Shown: positions 1-7,890, counted from the stretch's first letter. The stretch is 32,000 bases of DNA from Candidatus Electronema aureum (GCA_004284765.1 NQJD01000023.1:1-32000), one strand, 5' to 3'. Notes: generated by a model from the letters alone, not told the origin. A program made the numbers and translations.

Positions 1-138
1 TTGTCTGTTTTGAGGGTGTTCAACAAATTGACGCGAGCATTCTTTGCATAAGAACTTCTTCTTTCCATTTGCTATGGAGCCGTTTTTAACAACATACGAA
101 GAGCCACATTTTGGACATTGCACCGCTGTTTTCTCCAT
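1..138 (-). mobile_element. Partial IS1-family-like transposase ORF (N-terminal InsA-like zinc ribbon); continues beyond the window start
   Basis: Minus-strand ATG at 138..136 gives MEKTAVQCPKCGSSYVVKNGSIANGKKKFLCKECSRQFVEHPQNRQ, which is open to position 1. The CxxC...CxxC pair with VKNG and GKxxFxC matches the pattern I associate with IS1 InsA zinc fingers. It is missing from the ORF track because it is truncated. No inverted repeat could be defined. Confidence 0.5.
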
Positions 139-358
139 AGTTAAATTTTTTCTTTCATAAGAACGGCGTTTGGCTGGCGGGCATTCGCCCTCTGAAAAAT
201 GAGACCAAGTCGGAAGTCAACTTTTTCAATATTATATTGTTTTTAATGGTAAATTCAATGTATTTTTTAGGGAGCCGTCCGCTTTGCCACTCGCGGTTCA
301 CTATTACCGTAAAACAAGCGCGGAAGATAAATTTATGGCGGGGGTAACGCGGTGTAAT

Positions 359-381
359 GGCAGCGGTTTTGACCCGCTGCC
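359..381 (-). terminator. GC-rich hairpin just 3' of the USP gene (possible terminator or RNA-stabilising stem)
   Basis: GGCAGCGG-ttttgac-CCGCTGCC forms a perfect 8-bp stem about a dozen nt downstream of the stop at 393. There is no clean U-tract on the minus strand, so support is weak. Confidence 0.3.
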
Positions 382-392
382 TGCTTTCTTGC

Positions 393-1247
393 TTATTCGC
401 CTTCTTTTTTCTCGAGCACCAGCACGGCGCAGTGTGCCTTGCCGATGACTTTCTCGGTGACATGCCCCATGAGGAGCTTGCTCAAACCCTTGCCGTGTCC
501 TCCCACCAAGATCATATCAACCTTGTTTTCCAAAGCCTGCGCTGCAATAATCTCCGGCGCATGTTTGCCAACTACAGCAAGCGGATGAAAGGCCACCTGC
601 TGGGCCTTTCCTTGTCCTTTCTTGCAAATTGCTTCAGTCAATTCTTTGGCCTGATCAAGGCCTTCCTCGGAAGAAGTCACAGAAAGCACATAGATTTCCT
701 TTAAATTGGAACAGTGCATTCCCATATCGATCGCTTCTTCCGCAGCCATATCGCTGGCTACCGAGCCATCAACTGCAACCAGAATTCTCTCGCCGCCGAG
801 AGTGAAATCTTTGGGCACTACCAGAACACGCGGAAAGCCGTGACCAATCACTTTGGCGGTCATGCTGCCCACCAGCAGTTTGAGTAATCCCCTTCTGCCG
901 TGCCGACCCATAATGAGGATATCCGCCTTATGCTGGCGAGCTAACTCGACAATGGATTTGTCCGGCTGAAAGGACTCCTCAAAGACCACATCGCACTCGA
1001 TGCCGTGGTCTTTGGCCATCTTGCTGACGTTATCTAGATGGCTCTTGATTTCCTCACTCATTCCTGCGGAGAATGTGTACGCACCCATCATTGATTCTGA
1101 ATCAATCGGGATGACATTCAGCACCACAATCTTTGCGCCGCAGGTCTGGGCCAAAAAAATCGCCTCCTGCACCGCTCCGTCCGTGTAGGAAGACCCGTCC
1201 GTTGCCAATGCGATGACTTCTGCTTGCCCAATCAGCCGTCCGCTCAT
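393..1247 (-). CDS. Tandem universal stress protein (two UspA domains)
   Basis: 284 aa with two halves. Each half has the USP pattern: I(L)VA(T/V)DGS at its start, then ...ADILIMGRHGRRGLLKLLVGSMTAKVIGHGFPRVLVV in the first half and VDMILVGGHGKGLSKLLMGHVTEKVIGKAHCAVLVL in the second (G-x2-G-x9-G-S/T ATP-binding type motif). Confidence 0.85.
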   Translation of the reverse strand: MSGRLIGQAEVIALATDGSSYTDGAVQEAIFLAQTCGAKIVVLNVIPIDSESMMGAYTFSAGMSEEIKSHLDNVSKMAKDHGIECDVVFEESFQPDKSIVELARQHKADILIMGRHGRRGLLKLLVGSMTAKVIGHGFPRVLVVPKDFTLGGERILVAVDGSVASDMAAEEAIDMGMHCSNLKEIYVLSVTSSEEGLDQAKELTEAICKKGQGKAQQVAFHPLAVVGKHAPEIIAAQALENKVDMILVGGHGKGLSKLLMGHVTEKVIGKAHCAVLVLEKKEGE

Positions 1248-1360
1248 AGCCGTCTCCTTTCTGTATCTGTTTGAAAAGAAAGTCTTTGCTCAATGCAAAG
1301 TTTCTCGTCATCTTAACACCGTTGCAAAAAATAGCAAGCCGCAGAAGCTGCTTCTGCCCG

Positions 1361-1394
1361 CATTTTTTTATTGACTTTCATTTTTTTATTGACT
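1361..1394. repeat. Two perfect 16-nt direct repeats CATTTTTTTATTGACT spaced 18 bp apart, in the divergent usp/TauE intergenic region
   Basis: Read directly at 1361-1376 and 1379-1394. Each copy carries a TTGACT (-35-like) hexamer. Function is unknown; possibilities are an operator, an UP-element-like sequence or duplicated promoter elements. Confidence 0.8.
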
Positions 1395-1441
1395 CCATTA
1401 TCCTGTCGATGTTGGTAGCAGTACCACGATTGAAGATGGAT

Positions 1442-1470
1442 TTAAAGTTTTACCTTTATATTCATATAAT
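1442..1470 (+). promoter_or_regulatory. Candidate sigma70 promoter for the TauE-family operon
   Basis: A perfect TATAAT sits at 1465-1470. The -35 is weak (TTAAAG at 1442-1447, 17-nt spacer). It lies about 100 nt upstream of the ATG at 1572. Confidence 0.3.
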
Positions 1471-1512
1471 TGCCCGTGCATTTCTTGTGTTTTTATGAGT
1501 TGTCCTCGTTTT

Positions 1513-1547
1513 CTGCTGTTGAATTTTTCAACAGCAGTTTCATTTTT
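1513..1547 (+). terminator. Intrinsic-terminator-like hairpin inside the 5' leader of the TauE-family gene (candidate attenuator)
   Basis: CTGCTGTTGAA-ttt-TTCAACAGCAG forms a perfect 11-bp stem (1513-1537) followed by TTTCATTTTT (1538-1547). It ends 25 nt before the ATG at 1572. Confidence 0.5.
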
Positions 1548-1571
1548 AAACGTACTTCAAGGAGAGAAGGT

Positions 1572-2576
1572 ATGAAGGAGAACAGATTCACAGGAAGCCT
1601 AAGAACGGGCTTCGCCGTACTGGCAGCTTTGTTGCTGGCCGCCAGCCCGGTCACATCGTGGGCAGCAGCAGCCCCAGCAGACGCAACTGCGTGGTGGGTC
1701 ATGCCTTTGCTGCTGCTGGTCGTGACTTTTTTCATGGGCATCATCGCGGTGCTGGGCGGTGTCGGCGGCGGTGTGCTGTATGTGCCAATCATCGGCGGCT
1801 TTTTCCCTTTTCACATTGATTTTGTGCGCGGAGCTGGCCTGCTGGTGGCCCTTTCCGGTGCATTAGCTGCTGGGCCAGGTCTGCTCAAAGCCAACTTGGC
1901 CAGCCTTCGACTTGCCATGCCGGTCGCCTTGGTTGCCTCGTCCTGCGCTATCGTTGGAGCTATGTTCGGCTTGGCTCTGCCTGCCCACATCGTCAAACTG
2001 CTGCTGGGCGTGACTATTTTGGGTATCGTAGTGATCATGTTCACGGCGAAAAAATCCGATTTCCCGGATGTACCCAAGGCTGACGCACTATCCACCGCGC
2101 TGGGGATTTACGGCATCTACCAGTCCCCGGATAAAACCATGAACTGGCAGATTCACCGCACCATTCCTGGATTACTGACCTTCATCATCATCGGCGTAAT
2201 GGCGGGCATGTTCGGTCTGGGCGCAGGCTGGGCCAACGTGCCGGTGCTGAATCTGATGATGGGTGCGCCGCTCAAGATCAGCGTTGCCACCAGCAAATTC
2301 TTGTTATCGATCACCGATACCTCTGCCGCTTGGGTGTATCTGAACAACGGCGCAGTAATTCCGATGTTGGTAGCACCTTCGCTGATTGGCATCATGCTCG
2401 GTTCGTTTGTGGGGGTGCGGATTTTGAAAGTCGCCAAGCCCTCGTTCATCCGCTGGATGGTCATCGGTATTCTGGCGTTTGCAGGCGGCAAATCACTCTA
2501 TGATGGCATTAAGGCCATGAACGCGCCGCATCCAACTTCAACCCATACACAGGAGGCATCTCATCATGGCAAATGA
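1572..2576 (+). CDS. TauE/SafE (DUF81) family anion/sulfite exporter-type permease
   Basis: Polytopic membrane protein with the typical GGVGGGVLYVPIIGGFF and GLGAGWANVPVLNLMMG glycine-rich repeats of the duplicated TauE fold. I placed the start at ATG 1572 (MKENRF...), which is preceded by AAGGAGAGAAGG. The 34-codon extension in the ORF track contains the leader hairpin. Confidence 0.85.
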   Translation: MKENRFTGSLRTGFAVLAALLLAASPVTSWAAAAPADATAWWVMPLLLLVVTFFMGIIAVLGGVGGGVLYVPIIGGFFPFHIDFVRGAGLLVALSGALAAGPGLLKANLASLRLAMPVALVASSCAIVGAMFGLALPAHIVKLLLGVTILGIVVIMFTAKKSDFPDVPKADALSTALGIYGIYQSPDKTMNWQIHRTIPGLLTFIIIGVMAGMFGLGAGWANVPVLNLMMGAPLKISVATSKFLLSITDTSAAWVYLNNGAVIPMLVAPSLIGIMLGSFVGVRILKVAKPSFIRWMVIGILAFAGGKSLYDGIKAMNAPHPTSTHTQEASHHGK

Positions 2577-3006
2577 AAAAAATGTAGCCTCAGAAGAGCA
2601 GCTGCTCTACGCTACTTGGTTAGAAAAAGGAATGCTGATTGGGCTGGTGCTGATTGTCATTAGCTTTGCCCTTTATGTAACTGGCATTATCAGTCCGGTT
2701 GTGCCGTTAGATGAACTTTCCAATTACTGGAATCTGCCGGTTAAAGACTATCTTGCCGCAGTGAACAACAATTTTCTCCATTTGCAACATCCGCCCACCG
2801 GTTGGGCTTGGTTGACATTGCTCGGCAAAGGGGATTTTCTCAACTTTTTGCCGATAGCTATTCTTTCTGGCATCACTATGCTGTGTTATGCCGTAATCGT
2901 GCCGGTCTTTATGAAAAAAGGCGATAAAGCCTACATGATTATGGCCATTGTTGAGGTATTGATTTTGGCCTTAGCTGCCAGCGGCTTGCTGAAAGCTGGA
3001 CACTGA
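2566..3006 (+). CDS. Small three-TM membrane protein, possibly the DUF1634-type partner of TauE permeases
   Basis: It overlaps the TauE stop by 11 nt, which suggests translational coupling. It has three hydrophobic helices. The DUF1634 assignment rests on size and synteny as I recall them, not on a verified match. Confidence 0.55.
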   Translation: MANEKNVASEEQLLYATWLEKGMLIGLVLIVISFALYVTGIISPVVPLDELSNYWNLPVKDYLAAVNNNFLHLQHPPTGWAWLTLLGKGDFLNFLPIAILSGITMLCYAVIVPVFMKKGDKAYMIMAIVEVLILALAASGLLKAGH

Positions 3007-3018
3007 GAACAGTCGCAA

Positions 3019-3060
3019 TAAAAAAGGCGACCTTCCCGTCAGGAGGGTCGCCTTTTTTAT
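3019..3060. terminator. Bidirectional rho-independent terminator between convergent operons
   Basis: GGCGACCTTCC-cgtca-GGAGGGTCGCC (3026-3052; 11 bp including one G-U) is flanked by an A-run at 3019-3025 and TTTTTT at 3053-3058. Confidence 0.8.
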
Positions 3061-3075
3061 TTGGGCAATCCGTCG

Positions 3076-3657
3076 TTACAATATCTGTCGCTGACGACAA
3101 CGTTCAGCAATGATGACGGATTTTAGAGCCAAAATCGCCTGCTCTAAGTGGTCATTGACGATCAGATAGGTGTAAGAATCGGCAGCCTGCATTTCTTTTT
3201 CCGCATTGGCGAGGCGGCGAAGCAGACTTTCTTCGCTTTCTGTGCCGCGCCCGCGCAGCCGCCGTTCCAATTCTGCTAATGAAGGCGGGGCGATGAAAAC
3301 CGTCACTGGCGCGGCATTGCGCCGCACTTGTTCTGCCCCTTGCACGTCAATATCAAGAATCACATCAATTCCAGCAGCCAAGCGGCTCTCGACTTCCTGC
3401 CGGGCAGTGCCATAAAAATTACCATGCACTTCCGCCCATTCAAGAAAGCCAGAGGGCGTGCTGTCGCGGATGGCCTTGAACTGTTCTACGCTAACAAAAT
3501 GATAGTCGCGCCCATTTACTTCACCGGGTCTGGGCTGGCGGGTAGTGTGCGAAACGGAAAAGGCCAAGCTGGGCAGCTCGGCCATGACTTGCCGCAAAAT
3601 GGTGGTCTTACCGCAGCCAGAGGGCGCAGACAGGACGAGTAATATGCCTTCATTCAT
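3076..3657 (-). CDS. gmk: Guanylate kinase
   Basis: P-loop SAPSGCGKTT, then SVSHTTRQPRPGEVNGRDYHFVS and the GNFYGT motifs. I chose ATG 3657 (MNEGILLV), which overlaps the upstream stop by 8 nt. The longer ORF-track start at 3708 is unlikely. Confidence 0.9.
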   Translation of the reverse strand: MNEGILLVLSAPSGCGKTTILRQVMAELPSLAFSVSHTTRQPRPGEVNGRDYHFVSVEQFKAIRDSTPSGFLEWAEVHGNFYGTARQEVESRLAAGIDVILDIDVQGAEQVRRNAAPVTVFIAPPSLAELERRLRGRGTESEESLLRRLANAEKEMQAADSYTYLIVNDHLEQAILALKSVIIAERCRQRQIL

Positions 3658-3946
3658 GATCGTTCTCCGTTTGCAATAGGCGAGCCGGATTAGCCTGATC
3701 TTTGTCAAGGGCGGATAGACGCTGACTGATAGTCTCCGGCTGGACCGAGGTCAGCACCAAATGACCGCTGTCAAGAATGATGATGCCCCGTGTGCGGCGG
3801 CCTTCGGTCACGTCAATCAACCGGTGTTCTTGTTTGGCCTCTTCCTTGAGCTTGCGGATGGGCGAAGAGCCAGGATTAACCACGGCAAGAATGCGGCTGA
3901 TTTTGACTGCATTACCAAAGCCAATATTGATGAGCCGATTGTCCAT
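3650..3946 (-). CDS. DUF370 / RemA-family small protein
   Basis: LINIGFGNAV...RILAVVNPGSSPIRKL...LIDVTEGRRTRGIIILDSGHLVLTSVQPETI is the conserved RemA/DUF370 pattern. It also sits in the classical position between yicC and gmk. Confidence 0.85.
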   Translation of the reverse strand: MDNRLINIGFGNAVKISRILAVVNPGSSPIRKLKEEAKQEHRLIDVTEGRRTRGIIILDSGHLVLTSVQPETISQRLSALDKDQANPARLLQTENDHE

Positions 3947-3952
3947 TACGTA

Positions 3953-4570
3953 CTAACGTTCAGCAATTTTCTTGAAAAGTCCATAGACGTATGGACGTGT
4001 ACCACCAGAAGGATTGACAAATATATATTTTTCATGCTTGACTAACTCGAAATCCTTCCCCATTCGCAGGGTCATTTCTTCAATAGAATAGCGATGCAGT
4101 TCAAGCCCAGCGCATTTTTGCGCACCTGTAGTCGCAAACTCTGCCAATAATACGTAGCCGCCTGAACGAACCGCTGCATGGAGATTGGAAAAATAACCTT
4201 GGATATCACTTTCCTTGAGGAGAAAATGAAGCACAGCCCGGTCTATCCAAATATCAATTGTCTTCGCAATTCCATCAGGTAATGGGTGAGCAATATCATA
4301 ATGCATTAATGATACATTATCATTTTCCCCTATCCTCGTCCTGAGCTTGCTTAATGCAACATCGCTGATGTCATTAAGAATAAGCTGATGGCCTTTTGCC
4401 AACAGAGCATCTGTTAACACCGATGTTCCTGCACCGGGTAAAAAAATTGTGGCAGTTTCTCGTGGCGGAATCAGATCAAGAAATTTTAATGTCTGTACAG
4501 CATCGTTCTCATACCAACCAAGTTCCGAATCTTTCTTGTTTGAAAAAATCGTATTCCAATGTTCCGACAT
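3953..4570 (-). CDS. Class I SAM-dependent methyltransferase (substrate unknown)
   Basis: 205 aa. W-x5-...GWYE N-terminal region, a glycine-rich motif I variant (IFLPGAGTS), an acidic residue after beta2 (LILNDIS) and DRAVLHFL (motif IV-like). AGGAG lies upstream of the ATG. The gene is visibly more AT-rich than its neighbours. Confidence 0.7.
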   Translation of the reverse strand: MSEHWNTIFSNKKDSELGWYENDAVQTLKFLDLIPPRETATIFLPGAGTSVLTDALLAKGHQLILNDISDVALSKLRTRIGENDNVSLMHYDIAHPLPDGIAKTIDIWIDRAVLHFLLKESDIQGYFSNLHAAVRSGGYVLLAEFATTGAQKCAGLELHRYSIEEMTLRMGKDFELVKHEKYIFVNPSGGTRPYVYGLFKKIAER

Positions 4571-4593
4571 AATTTTCTCCTTGAGTTGATCCG

Positions 4594-5475
4594 CTATTCG
4601 ATGTTCTGCACCTGTTCGCGTAATTTCTCAATCTCGTTTTTCATTTCTACACCGAGGCGAGCAATGGCAGCATTGGAAATTTTCGAGGCCAAGGTATTCA
4701 CTTCGCGCAAGAATTCTTGTAGGAGGAAATCTAATCGTCTGCCGGAAGGCTCTTCACTGTCCAAAAAGCTGCGGAATTGACTGATATGACTGGTCAAACG
4801 CACCACTTCTTCGGTGACATCAGCTTTATCCGCCATGATCGCTGCCTCCTGCGCTAAACGAGCCGGATCAATATCTACACCCGCCAGCAGCTTGGTCAGT
4901 CGCTCTTTCAACTCCTGATGACGCTGGGCGACCAGCTGCGGCATCGCGACTTCCACCTCTCGGACTGTGGCGGCAAAGGCATCTAAACGACTGTTCAGCT
5001 CCGTTTTGAGGGCTTGGCCTTCTTGCTCGCGCATCCGGTCGCAATCAGCAAGGGCGACTAACACCGCTTTTTCGATCAGCGGCCATTCCTGTTCAATATC
5101 TGGGTTCTGCTCTTGCTGAACAATAATGCCGCGCTGGGCAAGTAAATCACTCAAACTGACGTGGCAGCCAAGGCCGAGTTGTTCGTTGAGCTGCACCAAA
5201 CAGCTATGATATTGGCGGGCCAAATCCAAATCAACTGCCAACAACGGCGCAGCAGCCAGATTACCCCGGCACAAGACGAACAGTTCTACTCGGCCACGGT
5301 CGAGCTGTCCGGCCACGGTCTTCTTGACCCGTTCTTCTAAACCGGTCAACGCAGGCGGCAGTACCACCCGCTGATCGAGAAAACGATGATTGACTGTGCG
5401 AATTTCTACTGTCCAGCTCCGTCCGCCTTCTTCTGCCTCGCCTCGGCCAAATCCGGTCATACTGCGTGGTCTCAT
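4594..5475 (-). CDS. yicC: YicC-family protein (stress-induced, putative endoribonuclease)
   Basis: N-terminal SMTGFGRGE...W.VEIRTVNHRFLD and C-terminal DVTEEVVRL.SH...F......GR.LDFL.QE..RE.NT..SK are hallmark YicC N- and C-terminal domains. The start overlaps the hldA stop in an ATGA. Met6 (5460) is an alternative start. Confidence 0.85.
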   Translation of the reverse strand: MRPRSMTGFGRGEAEEGGRSWTVEIRTVNHRFLDQRVVLPPALTGLEERVKKTVAGQLDRGRVELFVLCRGNLAAAPLLAVDLDLARQYHSCLVQLNEQLGLGCHVSLSDLLAQRGIIVQQEQNPDIEQEWPLIEKAVLVALADCDRMREQEGQALKTELNSRLDAFAATVREVEVAMPQLVAQRHQELKERLTKLLAGVDIDPARLAQEAAIMADKADVTEEVVRLTSHISQFRSFLDSEEPSGRRLDFLLQEFLREVNTLASKISNAAIARLGVEMKNEIEKLREQVQNIE

Positions 5476-6464
5476 CGCGCTTCCTCTTTGTCTAAATCAG
5501 CTAATAGTTCCTCGCGGTTGACTGAGGCAGTGCCAACCTTGCCTACCACGATCCCAGCCGCATGATTGGCAATAATCGCGGCATCGGTCATTGAGCAACC
5601 CGCTGCCAAGCCAAGGGCAAGCGTAGCTGCAACCGTATCGCCTGCGCCAGTTACATCATAAACTTCTTTGGCCGCAGTCGGAATAGTAACCAACTCATTT
5701 TCGCCTTCCAACAAGGCCATACCCGCCTCGCCCCGTGTAATTAACACTGAGCCACAGGCTAGCTTTTGCTTGATTTTGCGGGCAGCAGCCAACAGACTCT
5801 GTTCGTCGCTGATCGCCATGCCACTCAGTTGTGCCGCTTCAAAGTTATTCGGCGTGATGACTGTCGCCCCGCTGAATTTGTCGGCGTTGACTGGCTTGGG
5901 ATCGACAATCAGGGGAATAGCTCGCCCGCTCTGCGCCCGTGTTTCGGCCAAAAGCTGATGCAGTCGCCGCATGAGCGGTTCACAAATCACGCCCTTGGCG
6001 TAATCTGAGACAATAATTGCATCAAAATCGACAAGATGGGTATTGATATAATGCAGCAAGCCGTGCAAAGTCTGCGCCGAAGGTGGGCCGGTCTTTTCTC
6101 GGTCATAGCGTACTACCTGCTGACCTTGGGCCACGACTCTGGTCTTGATGGTCGTTGGGCGGCGACCTTTGATCAGCCCATCAGTTGGCGCACCAGCGGC
6201 CCGCATTAAGGCCAGCAGCTCCGCGCCCATCGTGTCGTCGCCGATGATCCCGCAAAGTGCGCAGTGGCCGCCCAGCGAGATGATGTTCCGCACCACATTA
6301 GCACTGCCGCCCAGCAGCAGCTCCTCTTTGCGGACATCAACCACTGGCACCGGTGCTTCTGGCGAAATCCGCGTGACTGTCCCCCAGATAAACTGGTCAA
6401 GAATCACATCGCCGATGACTAAAATCTTGGCTTCGGCAAAACAATCAATTTTGTCGCGCAGCAT
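5472..6464 (-). CDS. hldA: D-glycero-beta-D-manno-heptose-7-phosphate kinase (RfaE domain I type, PfkB family)
   Basis: ILVIGDVILDQFIWGTVTRISPEAPVPVVDV, GGSANVVRNI and the C-terminal DVTGAGDTV PfkB motif. No adenylyltransferase domain is present. ATG 6464 overlaps the TGA of the upstream gene (TGATG). The ORF track begins 3 nt earlier at a TTG. Confidence 0.8.
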   Translation of the reverse strand: MLRDKIDCFAEAKILVIGDVILDQFIWGTVTRISPEAPVPVVDVRKEELLLGGSANVVRNIISLGGHCALCGIIGDDTMGAELLALMRAAGAPTDGLIKGRRPTTIKTRVVAQGQQVVRYDREKTGPPSAQTLHGLLHYINTHLVDFDAIIVSDYAKGVICEPLMRRLHQLLAETRAQSGRAIPLIVDPKPVNADKFSGATVITPNNFEAAQLSGMAISDEQSLLAAARKIKQKLACGSVLITRGEAGMALLEGENELVTIPTAAKEVYDVTGAGDTVAATLALGLAAGCSMTDAAIIANHAAGIVVGKVGTASVNREELLADLDKEEAR

Positions 6465-7270
6465 CAACAGTCTAACTCCAGCAAACGGTCTGCCGTGCGT
6501 TCAGCGGCAAAGACCAAGGATTCCAGATCAAGAAAATCGAGTACATGCTGATCAAACAGTATTTTTACTTTGGCAGAAAAGCCATCTTCTGGCTCTGCAT
6601 CCCAAAATAAAAGCAAGAGGGGAAGGCAGGGGAGAACAGGGATAATCGCGGCGGCAGCGGCGTTTTGCTCGGCAGGAATTGCGTCAAGGGCAGCACATAA
6701 TTCAATCAACCGCCCTGCCCTGCCGCTAAAACGTTCCGCTATTCGTTCTTCGCAGTATGTAGCTAACGTGCGGATTTTGGAAATAGAATTGGGCAGACTT
6801 TCCATGCCTACCCAAGTACCTTCAGGTTTTCTCCCACCACCAGAGGCCGCCACATAATTATACAGCAAAATTTGGTCTCTGGGATCAGTGGGTGGCTCGC
6901 CGTTGATGAAAACTCCAGCTTTTCCCAATTGCACCGGGCGACTAAGAAAAGAAAACCGGAGCAATTCAGGCTCTTCTGCTAACCAATTCGCGCCGAGGCG
7001 AGGGGCAAGATTGTGCAAATCCAACCCCTGCATTTTGCTCCGCAGGTGAGTAGCCAAGGCCAGTTCGCGTTTCTCTTGGCTGCGGTCAAGTGCGTTCTCG
7101 CTGGCCTTATTACCAAGCAACTCCGGCGGCAATGTATCCTTCAAATACGGGCAAAGATCAGCGCGAACTCCGGCCTTGGTGACGACTGCTGCAAAGGCAA
7201 GACAAGCGGGATAGCCGCATTCACCGCAGTTAGTACCGGGCGTGTAATGGAGAAATTGATAGGGATTCAT
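6464..7270 (-). CDS. Fe-S cluster domain + DUF3786-like protein
   Basis: The N-terminus CGECGYPAC-x16-CPYL has the CX2CX4CX16C spacing of the RnfB/CFeSP-type [4Fe-4S] domain. The rest resembles DUF3786 proteins of anaerobes, judged from recollection only. Confidence 0.6.
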   Translation of the reverse strand: MNPYQFLHYTPGTNCGECGYPACLAFAAVVTKAGVRADLCPYLKDTLPPELLGNKASENALDRSQEKRELALATHLRSKMQGLDLHNLAPRLGANWLAEEPELLRFSFLSRPVQLGKAGVFINGEPPTDPRDQILLYNYVAASGGGRKPEGTWVGMESLPNSISKIRTLATYCEERIAERFSGRAGRLIELCAALDAIPAEQNAAAAAIIPVLPCLPLLLLFWDAEPEDGFSAKVKILFDQHVLDFLDLESLVFAAERTADRLLELDC

Positions 7271-7284
7271 CCCAACGGGAGAAA

Positions 7285-7794
7285 TTATTTCAGCTTGGCA
7301 TTGAGACTGTTCAGCACTTCACCGGTGATATCGACAGAGTTGTCAAAATATAACACCGCAGTATTGGGCAAGACAACCGAATAGCCTTTGGCAGCAGCAA
7401 CGGAGCGGACTATGCCCTCAAGTTCCTTCATGATCGGAGCAAGATTTTTGTCTTCAAGATTCTTGAGTTCCTTTCTGGCATCATCTCGTTTGAATTCAAA
7501 ATCACGGGTCTTTTTTTGGAATTCAAGAAGCTGCTCTTGCTTTTTGTCGTCACTCCAAGCTGATGCTTTCTTTTTCATCTCATCTTGGAAAGCAGTCAAC
7601 TGCTGCTTGTCACTTTCAAAAGAAGCCTTCAGCTCCTTCATCCTCTGCTCAATTTTGCTCTTGGCTGCCATACCTGCGGAAGATTTAGTAAGCACATCTT
7701 GAATATTAAGAACAGCTATTTTTACCTCTGCCGCAGAAACAGAAGCGGTAACAAAGAAAAAAAGAGCAGCCAAAAGAGCAGCAGTTCTATTCAC
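7285..7794 (-). CDS. skp: OmpH/Skp periplasmic chaperone
   Basis: Signal peptide ending SVSA-AE, then KIAVLNIQDVL... and a long K/E/Q-rich coiled region of about 170 aa, as is typical for Skp. Confidence 0.8.
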   Translation of the reverse strand: MNRTAALLAALFFFVTASVSAAEVKIAVLNIQDVLTKSSAGMAAKSKIEQRMKELKASFESDKQQLTAFQDEMKKKASAWSDDKKQEQLLEFQKKTRDFEFKRDDARKELKNLEDKNLAPIMKELEGIVRSVAAAKGYSVVLPNTAVLYFDNSVDITGEVLNSLNAKLK

Positions 7795-7846
7795 AATATA
7801 TCTCCTTTAATGGGAATTACAGATCGGTTGAAACGAGGCGGGATGG

Positions 7847-7890
7847 TAAAAAAACAAACAGGTTCTTCAGCATCATGGCAGAAGAACCTG
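7847..7890 (-). terminator. Rho-independent terminator downstream of pal
   Basis: On the minus strand, CAGGTTCTTC-12 nt loop-GAAGAACCTG (perfect 10-bp stem, 7859-7890) is followed by TTTGTTTTTTT (7848-7858). Confidence 0.8.

Noticed and set aside
155-704. ORFs 155..463(-) and 357..704(+) at the left end
   Set aside because: The first runs through AT-rich non-coding sequence and into the 3' end of the USP gene, and its peptide is low-complexity and basic. The second is antisense to the well-supported USP gene. I recognised no motifs or SD sequences.
1470-1571. N-terminal 34-codon extension of the TauE ORF (ORF-track start 1470)
   Set aside because: The extension contains the 11-bp terminator-like hairpin and starts immediately after the TATAAT box. 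The internal ATG at 1572 has a strong AAGGAGAGAAGG SD and begins a normal signal/TM sequence.
3658-3708. Upstream start (ATG 3708) for gmk
   Set aside because: It would add a 17-aa basic extension lying entirely inside the DUF370 gene. ATG 3657 gives the canonical distance to the P-loop and a typical 8-nt overlap.
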